Source: a virus
IMG/VR virus record: IMGVR_UViG_3300025276_000023
Location: 1 to 64,000 of that record
Length of the DNA: 64,000 nucleotides
Strand: one strand, 5' to 3'
Part shown: positions 29,782 to 39,740 of the stretch, piece after piece
Layout of the letters: the number at the start of each line of letters is the position of its first letter
Position numbering within the stretch: position 1 is the stretch's first letter
Notes under the pieces: model-generated
Seen by the model: only the letters and a program-made list of their open reading frames with translations
What the model was told of the DNA's origin: nothing
Database searches by the model: none
Position numbers and translations under genes: made by a program

Positions 29782-29811
29782 GGTAACACCATCTTAACGG
29801 ATGGTGTTACC
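29782..29811. terminator. 12-bp perfect hairpin (terminator or processing site)
   Basis: GGTAACACCATC-TTAACG-GATGGTGTTACC. Confidence 0.6.
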
Positions 29812-29893
29812 ACCTCTTCTATACTTTATTTTTTTGTAACTTTTCATCCATCTAACATATTGTTTGAAACTAACCTTATTATGGAATTTATTA

Positions 29894-30418
29894 ATGCAAG
29901 CAATATTAGCTATATCGCAAGACGGAGCCATTGGTACAGATACTGGTTTACCGTGGAAATGTTCTTTTGATTTGAAATACTTCAAACACTGTACGGAAGG
30001 TAAGACCATCTTAATGGGTCGTAAGACGATGGATACATTAGGTACTCCTTTACCTAATAGAACAAATCTAGTACTGAGTAAGACGTTGCCAGTTGGTGAT
30101 TATAATGGTTTCCAAATCATCGGGTGTCCTAGTCAGTTACCAGAAGACATGAGTGAAATCGTAATCATTGGTGGATTAGAAATATATAAACTGTTTAGAA
30201 AAGACATTAAGAAGATGTCCGTTTCTGTCATCGATGTTTATGACACAGACGCTACAGTCTTTGCAGACATAGCTGCTCTGACTCAAGGTATGAAGTTAAC
30301 AGATATGGTAATGCACCGTCAACGTGGTTTCACTGACATTGGTCGCTCTTTAGGACTAACTAAAAAACAAATCGAAGACACCAACCTTTATTCAATTAAA
30401 ACATACGAGCGTTTCTAA
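29894..30418 (+). CDS. folA: Dihydrofolate reductase
   Basis: AIG...LPW...DLKYFK..T.GK..LMGRKT..L..PLPNRTNLVLS and IIGG motifs; start placed at ATG 29894. Confidence 0.93.
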   Translation: MQAILAISQDGAIGTDTGLPWKCSFDLKYFKHCTEGKTILMGRKTMDTLGTPLPNRTNLVLSKTLPVGDYNGFQIIGCPSQLPEDMSEIVIIGGLEIYKLFRKDIKKMSVSVIDVYDTDATVFADIAALTQGMKLTDMVMHRQRGFTDIGRSLGLTKKQIEDTNLYSIKTYERF

Positions 30419-30984
30419 TGTTAAGAGTCATAACCAGAGAACAGGTAATCCGTGTACTACAGCTAGAAGACATCGCAGACGATCTTAGCAATGCAAAGCT
30501 TGAAGAACTATATTACGATGCAAAAGGTTTACCTACCATCATCGGGTCGCTCTGTCCAATCACTAAAGATAAAGTACGTTACACGTTAGCGATGTCAACT
30601 GCACAGTTACCACTTGATATGCAAACAGCTATCTTAGATTTACCAGATGAACTAAAACCTAAGTTTGTTATGCGTAATCCTGCTACTGAACAAGTGACTA
30701 TTGAACAGTCTATCTTTTACATGTTCTTAAAGAAAGTTGTTAGCGGTAACTACGAAGGTAAGAATCCAGAAAAGACAATGAAGTTAATGGAGCAAAGTAA
30801 AATACTTCGTACCAATATCGGCACTGATAAAATAGAAGATGAGTTAGTTGTTGTCTTCCCTAAAAACACAAAGCGCGTAACTGATAGATTCTTAAGTGCC
30901 TTTGTAGAACAAGAAATCAAAACTATTAAAGTAGTTAAAAACGGCAAGGTCATAAAAGAGGTTAAACACGATGTTGAATACTAA
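30418..30984 (+). CDS. Hypothetical protein
   Basis: Overlaps both the DHFR and dTMP kinase genes, consistent with translational coupling. Confidence 0.75.
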   Translation: MLRVITREQVIRVLQLEDIADDLSNAKLEELYYDAKGLPTIIGSLCPITKDKVRYTLAMSTAQLPLDMQTAILDLPDELKPKFVMRNPATEQVTIEQSIFYMFLKKVVSGNYEGKNPEKTMKLMEQSKILRTNIGTDKIEDELVVVFPKNTKRVTDRFLSAFVEQEIKTIKVVKNGKVIKEVKHDVEY

Positions 30985-31585
30985 ACCACGTTTAATATTT
31001 GTAGACGGAATCGATGGAAGCGGTAAGAGCACAACTGTCTCTCAGCTAAAGGTTATATTAGGTGGGGATAATCCTGAGAACATTAAGACGTGTTCATTCC
31101 CAGGACATAATGACTTTGGTCAGATGACTCGACCTTGGTTTGTTAATGACAGTCAACCAGAACACATTAAGTTATTTGCTATCCTTACTGAGTTCTCCAT
31201 TTTCATGGAAGACTACTTAAACGGTAAGTACAACGATTACACTCACGTTATCTGTGACCGTTTCATTTTATCTACTATTCATCAGACTAACTCAGATAGT
31301 CGTTTCATTGAAACAGTGAAAGAGATAGTTAAACATTACGATTTACATTACTATCTATATTTCATCACTACCCTTACATCTGACGATTGTCTTAAACGTT
31401 TAGAGCAGCGCGGTGATATCAATGGGGGCGATAGAAAGGCATTGGCCGAAGCAGAACGTACCAACTTCATTGATTATGCTGATAGATTAGGTTTCCGTTG
31501 TTCTCTTGTACAGTTAGAAAACTCAGGTACCAAACTAGATCTATTCAATCGTCTAGATTCATTCTTTGAGCAAAATCCAAAATAG
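30971..31585 (+). CDS. tmk: Thymidylate (dTMP) kinase
   Basis: P-loop DGIDGSGKST, FP motif, ICDRF. Confidence 0.88.
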   Translation: MLNTKPRLIFVDGIDGSGKSTTVSQLKVILGGDNPENIKTCSFPGHNDFGQMTRPWFVNDSQPEHIKLFAILTEFSIFMEDYLNGKYNDYTHVICDRFILSTIHQTNSDSRFIETVKEIVKHYDLHYYLYFITTLTSDDCLKRLEQRGDINGGDRKALAEAERTNFIDYADRLGFRCSLVQLENSGTKLDLFNRLDSFFEQNPK

Positions 31586-31589
31586 AAAG

Positions 31590-31616
31590 AGAGGAGCGCA
31601 ATGCTCCTCTCCTTAT
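31590..31616. terminator. Bidirectional terminator
   Basis: AGAGGAGC-GCAAT-GCTCCTCT between convergent genes. Confidence 0.7.
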
Positions 31617-31963
31617 GTTTGTTTCTTTGGTTGTTCATCTGCTTCTGTGACCAGTAACGTTTTAGTATTAGAACGATTCTTCTCTCTGTAGCCAAACGTA
31701 AGTACCGCACCGAACGCTAGATGGATTATACTTCCACTATCTAGCGTAATGGGTATGTAATTCTTACGTCGCTTTAGAAACGCTATCTGTTCCTCTGAGG
31801 ACATTAGTTTAATTATCTCCATCTCATCATCACTGAATGTTATCTCTCTATTTTCATAGTAGAAAGGTAACACCAGCAAGTCAAAGACAACGACCATCGT
31901 ATAAATAAACGCAACGCCTCCAAGCCACTTCTCAGTCATCCAATTAAAAACATTACCCTTCAT
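31613..31963 (-). CDS. Putative holin (two hydrophobic segments, basic C-terminus)
   Basis: Follows the spanin pair; 'YTMVVVFDLLVLP' and 'PITL..G.IIHLAFGAVL' segments; GGAGAGG RBS favours the start at 31963. Confidence 0.55.
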   Translation of the reverse strand: MKGNVFNWMTEKWLGGVAFIYTMVVVFDLLVLPFYYENREITFSDDEMEIIKLMSSEEQIAFLKRRKNYIPITLDSGSIIHLAFGAVLTFGYREKNRSNTKTLLVTEADEQPKKQT

Positions 31964-32513
31964 TGACCTCTCCAGTAATTGATCTGTTATATTTATCAAC
32001 TAACTCAAGATAAAGTTTAACTGTATTTTGACAGGCCGTTAGTTTTTCAACGACTCCGTTTGCTGCGGTTGCTTCTCTGATAAGGAATCGAGAAGTTTCT
32101 GTAGGAAGATAGGTTGTTCTGTTTCCATCATCGCAGGACTGGGGAGTGGTAGATATAGCGGTTCCTGTTTCAATGGGGTCTCCCTCACCGATGTTGACTC
32201 GCAACCTAAAATTGTCAGACTCAAGACCGTCAATAGCAGACTCATACTTTTCTTGCTGTTCATTTATTCTCTCCTGATATTGTTTAGTTAACAGTTCACT
32301 TGCAGTTATACCTGCTTGGCGTTCTTGTGCAAGGTCATTCTTTAATTTAAGTATCGCATCTTCTTTTTCTGAAACCATTTGGTTGTATTTTAAAAGAAGT
32401 TTATCTTTCATGGTACTGGCACCGTGATTATAAATCAGCGTAGTGTATATACCAAGTACCACTAGCGTGATAATAGATATGGCCAGACGACTGCTGAGAA
32501 AGGACTTTATCAT
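31953..32513 (-). CDS. i-spanin (Rz-like)
   Basis: N-terminal transmembrane segment, coiled-coil body, RLRV and L.ACQ motifs, embedded lipoprotein gene. Confidence 0.85.
   Translation of the reverse strand: MIKSFLSSRLAISIITLVVLGIYTTLIYNHGASTMKDKLLLKYNQMVSEKEDAILKLKNDLAQERQAGITASELLTKQYQERINEQQEKYESAIDGLESDNFRLRVNIGEGDPIETGTAISTTPQSCDDGNRTTYLPTETSRFLIREATAANGVVEKLTACQNTVKLYLELVDKYNRSITGEVNEG
32039..32263 (-). CDS. o-spanin (Rz1-like lipoprotein), embedded in the i-spanin gene
   Basis: Lipobox ILGC after a hydrophobic signal; Pro-rich mature part; AGGAG RBS; fully nested in a different frame. Confidence 0.85.
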   Translation of the reverse strand: MNSKKSMSLLLTVLSLTILGCESTSVRETPLKQEPLYLPLPSPAMMETEQPIFLQKLLDSLSEKQPQQTESLKN

Positions 32514-32514
32514 T

Positions 32515-33711
32515 CTATTCTCCGTGGATTAAGTATTCGTAGAGGTGTTCAGTGTCGATTCTATCAACTGGCTTCTTAACCATTTTAACTGTTTTCTGCA
32601 ATTTCCATCTGCTATCAGACAAACGATAATCTTCTAATAGACAAGTTGTGCTATATGCTATCGTATTTGCATTGTCTTCTTTTCTGTAGATATGCTTTAT
32701 TATCTGACCAGTGGCATTTAGTATTGGATTGTTTAACTTAGTCCCTATAAAGGCGATGTTAGTATTTGCCATGTTTTCTAACTTACGCTTTCTCACATAA
32801 ACAGTTTGTCTGTTGATATAGCCAGCAAATGTATGTGGTAGATCCATTACACGTTTAAACGTATCGTCCGATAATAATTCTTTAACTGAATAAATATCGT
32901 TATCGCCAATTGTCAAGCCTACATCTTCTGGTTTTATGATACCGTCCGCAATGGCACGTAGAATACGTTCACCAATGTTGTCTATATCTATTTCGATATA
33001 TCTATCTGCCACTAGCTTTATAGATTGACTATTTTCAGTTAATATGAACAATTGCCCCAAGATTACAATAAACGGAGTAATTCCTTTAGTCACTTCCTTA
33101 CCTAAACGATAGTAGCATGTGCCGTCTGATATGTTCGATACATTCTCCGATGTAACGTCCGTCAGTGCAATCCCGCCTAAGTTAGTGAAATCTAAAACAT
33201 CTAAATCTAACATACCTCCTTTTAAATAAGAACGGTTAGCTCCTAACAGATATAGATAGTCTGTATTGCTAAGTTGTCTGTGTATATATCCGTTTACGCT
33301 GAACAGTGCATTGTTAGCCACTTCCTGAGCAATGTCAGGTAATCTCATTGCAATGTCATCAAACAGCTCAATGGGACGTTTGTCTTCAATTGAACCGGTT
33401 GCATTGGTAGGTATTAGTAAATGCATTGCAGTGCTTAGGTTTTGTTGTTTAACGGTCTTAGTAGTGACAAGCTCTGGATCAGCAACTGTATCATAACCGT
33501 CATAGGTTCTATCCGCCATCCATTCATAAAAAGGAATATCTAACTCAGTTAAGTTAGGTAATTTCTTAAGGTTGAGATAACGATGGTCTTTACCAATTAA
33601 TACCTGAAACATACATACATCGTACTGGTACAAATCCTTTAAAGACGTCCCTACGCTAATCGTATAGAATTCATTTTCTTTAGGGTCGATTACGTGAATT
33701 GCTAATAACAT
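32515..33711 (-). CDS. Virion structural protein
   Basis: Divergent from the YPYD genes; ALFSVNGYIH motif; AGGA RBS before ATG 33711 avoids overlap with the next gene. Confidence 0.55.
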   Translation of the reverse strand: MLLAIHVIDPKENEFYTISVGTSLKDLYQYDVCMFQVLIGKDHRYLNLKKLPNLTELDIPFYEWMADRTYDGYDTVADPELVTTKTVKQQNLSTAMHLLIPTNATGSIEDKRPIELFDDIAMRLPDIAQEVANNALFSVNGYIHRQLSNTDYLYLLGANRSYLKGGMLDLDVLDFTNLGGIALTDVTSENVSNISDGTCYYRLGKEVTKGITPFIVILGQLFILTENSQSIKLVADRYIEIDIDNIGERILRAIADGIIKPEDVGLTIGDNDIYSVKELLSDDTFKRVMDLPHTFAGYINRQTVYVRKRKLENMANTNIAFIGTKLNNPILNATGQIIKHIYRKEDNANTIAYSTTCLLEDYRLSDSRWKLQKTVKMVKKPVDRIDTEHLYEYLIHGE

Positions 33712-33757
33712 ATTTTTACTTCCTGATTTTATGACAATTTGAATATAAGGCATCGTT

Positions 33758-35554
33758 ATGAACGACTTACTGATAATATATCCATACGACCCTAACGGTA
33801 CAATTTCTGTAAACTTCATTAAAGAAGAAAAGCATAAATTAACAGCGTCACAGGGTTTGGATTACGCGTTCTTGAATTTACGTAAAGGACCTTTCCATGA
33901 GAAAGATTTATCAATCGTAGATCAAAGAACTCGAAAGAAATTAATATTGAATGAAGATTATAAATTAACCCTTCCATTCATCAATGATGGTACTAGAAAA
34001 GAGTGCTTTAGAATTGTTGAGATTCTAAATAAATCTTACTTCGATTCCATCTTACTTGTAGATTATCGCACGCTAGGTTCTGATCTTGTTTTCGATGAAC
34101 TTGAAATAATACAATACCTAGCTACGAGAGAAATCAGTCCAAGAGAAATACTTTGGAGTGAGATTGTAGAGAAACCAGGTCGCTACGATGTAGAAGAACA
34201 TTTACACCACATCAAAGACTTTTTTGGCATGAATGAACTAGTCACTGCTTTAACTAACCGAGTAGAGTTAGTTAAGGTTCAGTATCAGGATTTAGTCGAC
34301 AGTGTGAATAATCACATTTTAGAACCTAACGCTCATAACATAACTTTAATCGATCTAAGATTACAGCGTTTAGCGAATCTTTTTCCTTCTGAATTATCTT
34401 ACTTTGCTAAAAGTAGACTGACTATAGTAGAGAAGCTCTCATACTTAACACCTCGCGTTTTAAATGATTTCCTTGACCAAACGTACCTTAAAATAGAAGA
34501 GCTTGTTAAAGTACATCTAGAAGGTCCACGACAAGTAACGCAAGCTTCTGTTGCCACATGGAGAATTACAAACTTCGATTCGTTTAGCCGTTATTTAATA
34601 GAGTCAACTGCTGGAACGTTTACTAGAACTGATGAGTTCATCTACGGTGAGTTTTATGTTACAGATTCTTTAGGTAAGAAAACATTTACTGTTTTAAAAA
34701 ATGATATACCTACTGAGTTTGAAATAGACATTAAAGAAGCAGGTATTGAAGCACCTATAATTGCAGGCATAACAAATAATGCTAAAGGAGTATCTCTATC
34801 TGCTAAGTTTAACTCTACTCCTATTAGAACAGTTCCAGTTAATAAAGATGCGCTGAAAGAATGTATCTATCAAATATCGACTGAACCTACTTTTTCAGAC
34901 ATTATTTTCTTCAGTACAGTTACTTCAACAGACGACGTTCAGACAGCTAAATTGAATAAGTTAAGTACCTACTATATAAGATGTAGACACGTAGGTACTA
35001 TCTACAGTTCTCAGTGGAGTCCTACCGTTAAGTTCACTACCATCGACATTGTCGCACCGTCAGTTGTTTTCAATCCTAGAACTACCATCTTATCAGGCGG
35101 TAGATTAGCACATGATTTTGTGGCAGGTGCCAGTATCTTTAGTGAATATGCAAATGAAAGAATTATATCGGGGATAGAATATAAATTAATGTTGTCTGTA
35201 CCTAATTCAACTCAGCGACCAGTAGTCGCTTACAGCGGTGTTAAAGCAATTGATTTTTCAGATATAGTTAAGTCGATGGCGTGGACTCCTCTGTCTTCTT
35301 CCGAGAATGGGGACTATGGACAATATGGACCAGGTGGGTACAATACGGAAAATAAACATTTTAAAGCAAGTACGTTTTATGAACTCGTCTGTAGGATTCG
35401 TCTGGGTAACGATGACTGGTCAGATTGGTCAGATCCTAGGTCTATTAAAACATCGCTGGTTACTAATAAAGTAATTCAAGAATCAGAAACAATAGGTGAG
35501 GGCGACGGTGCATATCTTCGCTATTACGATAAAGAAATTCAAATTTACAGCTAA
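33758..35554 (+). CDS. Virion (tail) protein, YPYD family, with Ig/FN3-like domains
   Basis: N-terminal YPYDP; YYIRCRH...SQWS and WSDWS FN3-like motifs. Confidence 0.6.
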   Translation: MNDLLIIYPYDPNGTISVNFIKEEKHKLTASQGLDYAFLNLRKGPFHEKDLSIVDQRTRKKLILNEDYKLTLPFINDGTRKECFRIVEILNKSYFDSILLVDYRTLGSDLVFDELEIIQYLATREISPREILWSEIVEKPGRYDVEEHLHHIKDFFGMNELVTALTNRVELVKVQYQDLVDSVNNHILEPNAHNITLIDLRLQRLANLFPSELSYFAKSRLTIVEKLSYLTPRVLNDFLDQTYLKIEELVKVHLEGPRQVTQASVATWRITNFDSFSRYLIESTAGTFTRTDEFIYGEFYVTDSLGKKTFTVLKNDIPTEFEIDIKEAGIEAPIIAGITNNAKGVSLSAKFNSTPIRTVPVNKDALKECIYQISTEPTFSDIIFFSTVTSTDDVQTAKLNKLSTYYIRCRHVGTIYSSQWSPTVKFTTIDIVAPSVVFNPRTTILSGGRLAHDFVAGASIFSEYANERIISGIEYKLMLSVPNSTQRPVVAYSGVKAIDFSDIVKSMAWTPLSSSENGDYGQYGPGGYNTENKHFKASTFYELVCRIRLGNDDWSDWSDPRSIKTSLVTNKVIQESETIGEGDGAYLRYYDKEIQIYS

Positions 35555-35564
35555 GAGGTGACGA

Positions 35565-37232
35565 ATGGCTACTGTATATCCTTACGATATAAACGCTTCG
35601 CTCGATTCAAACAGAATCGTAAATGAAATACAAACATTTCCAAGTGCAAGCGCTAAAGGGTTCAGCGTAATAGCGCCTAAGCTTGCGCCGTTTCATAAAA
35701 AGACGTTTGAACTAAAATTAACAAACGGTACTAAACTTATTCCTAATGTAGATTATGAATTTGGCTGGTACTACGATGGACTTTCTAACCGTGCTGATGC
35801 GCCTGAAATATTTATGGTCATCGTACTTAAGAACGTGTCTTACATAGCTCAGAATGTTGTACTGGCTTACCATACCGTTGGTGCTGAGTTTACTATGGAA
35901 AACGCTGCATGGCAAGACTTTGCTCGGTCACAGCCAGTTAATCCAATTGATTCGGTATGGGATGTACTTGACGACCGTCCAGGTTTATATTCTACAGACC
36001 CTAACCTAGTACTAATGAAAGATGCTGTTGGTTGGGACAGATTCATTTCAGTTACCAAAGAACTGGTTGATGAAGGTACGTTGGTACATAATCGCATTCG
36101 CCGAATGATCGATCTTCATGTAAACAATGAAGTAAATGCGCATGACATCGACGTCGGACGTTTAGGTCTAGATCGTTTCTTATCATTAAAGAAAGCAACG
36201 TTAGCTACTCTAATACAAGGTACCGATTCAAATCAGTATCTTGGAGTGATTGAAACCCGCGCTTTCCTTAAAGAACGTTACGTAGAACTTGGTAAGGCAG
36301 CAGTAATAAATTTAATCGGCCCAACAGTAGCATATCAAGGCTCTAGTGCCAGCTGGGTTATTTCAGATTACGATTCGTTTAGCACATATGAAGTTTCTGC
36401 TAGTTTCTTAGACATAACTTTGAGAGACTCTAATATTGTCACCACCGTAAAGGACGAAGCTCCTATAGGTAAGTCTATAATGACCATCTATAAAAACGGC
36501 GCACCTAGACTCTTTGAGATCAATATTTTAGGTATCGGTATCGGCCAACCTTCTATTATCGGCATAATGGACAATGAAAGCAATGTAAGTCCATTAGTAT
36601 CAGTTAATACATCTAGTTTCTTTACAGAACCTACTGGTGCAGATACATTTGCCAATGTTCAATATGAAATATCAAGAACAGAAACGTTCTCTGATATCAT
36701 CTTTAGTTTCACGAGCAATTCGACAGGCAGTGTAACGACCGACCTTCCGGATAGAACCCGTCTCTATGCTCGTGCTAAACATATAGGTAAATCAAACAGA
36801 TCGTCTGCATGGTCTCCTGTCATTTCATTCATTACTGGTGATAGACCAATTAAGGTAACTAAGCCAGTGAGAGCATCCATTGGTTGGCAAGATAGAGTTA
36901 CTATATTTACTGATCAAACAACGGGCAAGAAGAGCAATGCACAAGTTGAAATGGCAATACGCGTTTCTTCATTGTCTCAAATGTCTGATGAGACACTGTT
37001 CTTGGAAGTTACAGATGATTCACAAACACGTACCGTCAGTAACAGAGCGTATAGCGGTGCGGTGGCTAGTAACCAGTCACTCATCCTATTCTCCTTCACG
37101 GTACTCGATCATTTACGAGGTCCTCGTGAGGCGACCTTTAAAGCTCGTTACGGTAGAGATGTGGACGGTGTCATTACATATGGCGATTGGTCGTATGATT
37201 ATAACATGGATACCATTAGCTACATGGATTAA
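35565..37232 (+). CDS. Virion (tail) protein, YPYD family paralog with FN3-like domains
   Basis: YPYD start; W.I.D/NYDSFS.Y and YARAKH...SAWS shared with the upstream gene. Confidence 0.6.
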   Translation: MATVYPYDINASLDSNRIVNEIQTFPSASAKGFSVIAPKLAPFHKKTFELKLTNGTKLIPNVDYEFGWYYDGLSNRADAPEIFMVIVLKNVSYIAQNVVLAYHTVGAEFTMENAAWQDFARSQPVNPIDSVWDVLDDRPGLYSTDPNLVLMKDAVGWDRFISVTKELVDEGTLVHNRIRRMIDLHVNNEVNAHDIDVGRLGLDRFLSLKKATLATLIQGTDSNQYLGVIETRAFLKERYVELGKAAVINLIGPTVAYQGSSASWVISDYDSFSTYEVSASFLDITLRDSNIVTTVKDEAPIGKSIMTIYKNGAPRLFEINILGIGIGQPSIIGIMDNESNVSPLVSVNTSSFFTEPTGADTFANVQYEISRTETFSDIIFSFTSNSTGSVTTDLPDRTRLYARAKHIGKSNRSSAWSPVISFITGDRPIKVTKPVRASIGWQDRVTIFTDQTTGKKSNAQVEMAIRVSSLSQMSDETLFLEVTDDSQTRTVSNRAYSGAVASNQSLILFSFTVLDHLRGPREATFKARYGRDVDGVITYGDWSYDYNMDTISYMD

Positions 37233-37261
37233 CATAAATAGGAAGCACGGACGCTTCCTAA

Positions 37262-37271
37262 ATCGTATGAA
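37262..37271 (+). promoter_or_regulatory. Putative late promoter (TATG core)
   Basis: ATCGTATGAA, identical to the copy at 8870. Confidence 0.45.
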
Positions 37272-37302
37272 ATAAAGATTATATTCAACCTGAGGAAATG
37301 AC

Positions 37303-38622
37303 ATGAGTGAAGCTTATAATTATCCCTATGACCCAACTGGGGCTAAGGTGTCTAATTTAGTCAAAGATTTTCCTATTACTTTAGATAGAACTAAGGCAAG
37401 AGCATTTGCTTTATCTGGTCCATTTTACGGAAAAACATTAAAAGTTCGTAATACACTTAATCAATCTATTGTTTTAGAAGAAAATAAAGATTACCGATTA
37501 CTATATATACATGAAGAATTGTTTGGTATTACAGACGGTCCTGTATTCAGCATTGTTCATTTTTACAACAGTGAAATTAACGGTGAGTACCTAGCCGATT
37601 TCCAAATGTTAGGCGGTAACAACCAAGGTAACGCGTCTATAATCGATCAGATGATTAATAACATCGAAAACGATTCACGTGATGTTTACCTAGAAAACAT
37701 TATTGATTTCCCATCGGTTCTTCCACCAGAGGGACATTTACATCACATATCTAATACCTACGGGTATGAAAATGCAATTGATGTATTTAAACAAATACTT
37801 GCATATCTACGTGCGGCGGATGTTGACTTAGGCTTAAATATCACTAACCAAGTCAACGGCATTAATGATAAGTACAATTACTTAATACAGTTAATTTCAG
37901 ATCTTGAACAAACCGGTGATGATTCAACTCAGTCAGTTAGCGAAACTATTTTAGATTTACAAGAAGCAATAACTGACCTTACTGAACGCGTCGCTACACT
38001 TGAGCGTGACACTGTTAACTTTAAAACAGTTACTAATTCTACCTTAGATAAGTTTAATTCAGAAATAAAAGCTAACCGCGATAACCTAGCTACCTTTATA
38101 GGTACTACTAACTCGGCTATAGAGAGAATCGATGCTGTACTGGAAGTCTTTGCAAAGCAGTTCAGTGATCTGAACAAAGACCTTGCCAATATCTTAATTA
38201 CGCTAGATCAACATTCTAGTACGTTCACTAACCATCAAGAACAGATAAATGCTCTAAAATTAAAAATAGAACAGAATGTACAGGCCATGGATGCTCTAGG
38301 TCAGCGCATAGATGAGAACGAACAGAAATCACTATTAGTTACCTGGCTTCTAGATAAAGCAACGGTACTCCCTTTGACGCATAGCCATTTCGTAGCAAGG
38401 CACCGAGGGAACCATACACTTCCGGATCTAACGGCAACACCTACTGGTCATACTATTCGAATAATGAAACATGTGGGCATCGATCCTATTTTCGTTGTTA
38501 AGAAAACAAGTAGCGAAAGAATCCAATATCTAGGTCAAACTGATACCTCTGTAAAATTAACAGATGTCTATTCAATGACTTTCGTTAAATTATCATCCAC
38601 TATCTGGGGACTATACGTATGA
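37303..38622 (+). CDS. Virion protein, YPYD family, with long coiled coil
   Basis: YPYDPTG, GPFY and PPEGHLHH motifs; heptad-rich middle region. Confidence 0.6.
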   Translation: MSEAYNYPYDPTGAKVSNLVKDFPITLDRTKARAFALSGPFYGKTLKVRNTLNQSIVLEENKDYRLLYIHEELFGITDGPVFSIVHFYNSEINGEYLADFQMLGGNNQGNASIIDQMINNIENDSRDVYLENIIDFPSVLPPEGHLHHISNTYGYENAIDVFKQILAYLRAADVDLGLNITNQVNGINDKYNYLIQLISDLEQTGDDSTQSVSETILDLQEAITDLTERVATLERDTVNFKTVTNSTLDKFNSEIKANRDNLATFIGTTNSAIERIDAVLEVFAKQFSDLNKDLANILITLDQHSSTFTNHQEQINALKLKIEQNVQAMDALGQRIDENEQKSLLVTWLLDKATVLPLTHSHFVARHRGNHTLPDLTATPTGHTIRIMKHVGIDPIFVVKKTSSERIQYLGQTDTSVKLTDVYSMTFVKLSSTIWGLYV

Positions 38623-39707
38623 TTACTGTTAGCGATTTACCAGGGCTAGCCAAACACTTAGAGGCTAGAGACCCGCACGACCTAGGAAAGGGCGATGTTG
38701 ATTTAGAAAACGTACAGAACTTCGCACTTGCTTCCACTGCCGAAGCTAGGGCTGGTTCTAGCAATACGAAGTACATGACTCCACTGCTTACAAAGTATGC
38801 AATCGAAGAGCTAACAAGTGAAGAAGGTCTTGCTAATCACCTTAAAGCTTCTAACCCGCACAACATCTCTAAGAGCACCATTGGTCTAGATAAAGTACAA
38901 AACTATACCATGTCCAATGCAGTGGAAGCTAGAGCGGGGACACGCAACGATGTTTACATGACTCCCCAACGTGTTAAAGAAGCGTTTGAAGCTTTAGTGG
39001 ATACAGATGCGCTGGATAACCACCTTAAAGCTTCTAACCCGCACAGCATAACTAAGACAACCGTTGGGTTATCTGATGTACAAAATTATGCTGTGGCGTC
39101 GACCAGTGAAGCTCAAGCAGGTACTCGTACTGATCGATATATGACGCCTCAACGTGTTAAAGATGCTATTGGTGCTTTAGTAGACACTGATAAAATAGAT
39201 AACCACCTTAAAGCCTCTAACCCGCATGGCATAACTAAGACAACCGTTAAGTTATCTAATGTGCAAGACTATCCTATGGCCACACAAAACGACGCTACGA
39301 ACGGCACTAGAACGGATCGTTACATGTCTCCTAAGAGAGTCGTTCAGGCGGTTGAAAAGTACATTAATTCTAATAAGGAACCGGCAGAGAAACCTTGGAC
39401 ATTATTGAGGAGTGGTACAGAGTCAGGTTCTTTTTTCTCATCTGTTGACTTGCGAGGGAAGGAGGTTTGTTTCATCTCAAGCGATGTGAGTAACATTGAT
39501 GAAATTGCAGTCGTCAAAGGTTTCATACCTCTTGTTTCAGGGTTCTCCAATGATCTGCAATGTTATTTTGCAAATGGTTATAGCGACATCGAATATCGTT
39601 ATTCTGATCGTAGGATAAGTACCAATGGAGACCTTGGAAATAGACAAGTCTGGTATCGAGAAGCTAGTGAAAACGCTTACCCTCCTATGGGAACTATAAA
39701 AGCTTAA
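38619..39707 (+). CDS. Tail fibre protein with four 61-aa repeats and a unique tip
   Basis: H..A.NPH...K..V.L..VQNY..A...EA.AG...D.YMTP repeats. Confidence 0.8.
   Translation: MITVSDLPGLAKHLEARDPHDLGKGDVDLENVQNFALASTAEARAGSSNTKYMTPLLTKYAIEELTSEEGLANHLKASNPHNISKSTIGLDKVQNYTMSNAVEARAGTRNDVYMTPQRVKEAFEALVDTDALDNHLKASNPHSITKTTVGLSDVQNYAVASTSEAQAGTRTDRYMTPQRVKDAIGALVDTDKIDNHLKASNPHGITKTTVKLSNVQDYPMATQNDATNGTRTDRYMSPKRVVQAVEKYINSNKEPAEKPWTLLRSGTESGSFFSSVDLRGKEVCFISSDVSNIDEIAVVKGFIPLVSGFSNDLQCYFANGYSDIEYRYSDRRISTNGDLGNRQVWYREASENAYPPMGTIKA
38652..39370 (+). repeat. Tandem 183-bp coding repeat, four units
   Basis: Units start at 38652, 38835, 39018 and 39201; caccttaaagc(t/c)tctaacccgca is conserved in units 2-4. 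Confidence 0.9.
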
Positions 39708-39740
39708 TTGGTGAACCATTTATTCACAAAAGGAACATGA

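Noticed and set aside
31930-31999. Lambda-type dual-start holin/antiholin motif
   Set aside because: Several Met codons are present but no Met-Lys-Met spacing, and only one has a clear RBS
33712-33819. Apparent head-to-head overlap of the 434-aa and 598-aa genes
   Set aside because: Disappears when the RBS-supported start at 33711 is used
36880-37275. 131-aa same-strand alternative-frame ORF overlapping the end of the 555-aa virion gene (possible frameshift product)
   Set aside because: No RBS or slippery heptamer seen, atypical composition, and the main frame is intact
38652-39707. Repeats in the tail fibre as a DGR template/variable pair or a CRISPR array
   Set aside because: They are in-frame coding repeats with differences not limited to adenines; no reverse transcriptase, spacers or cas genes in the window
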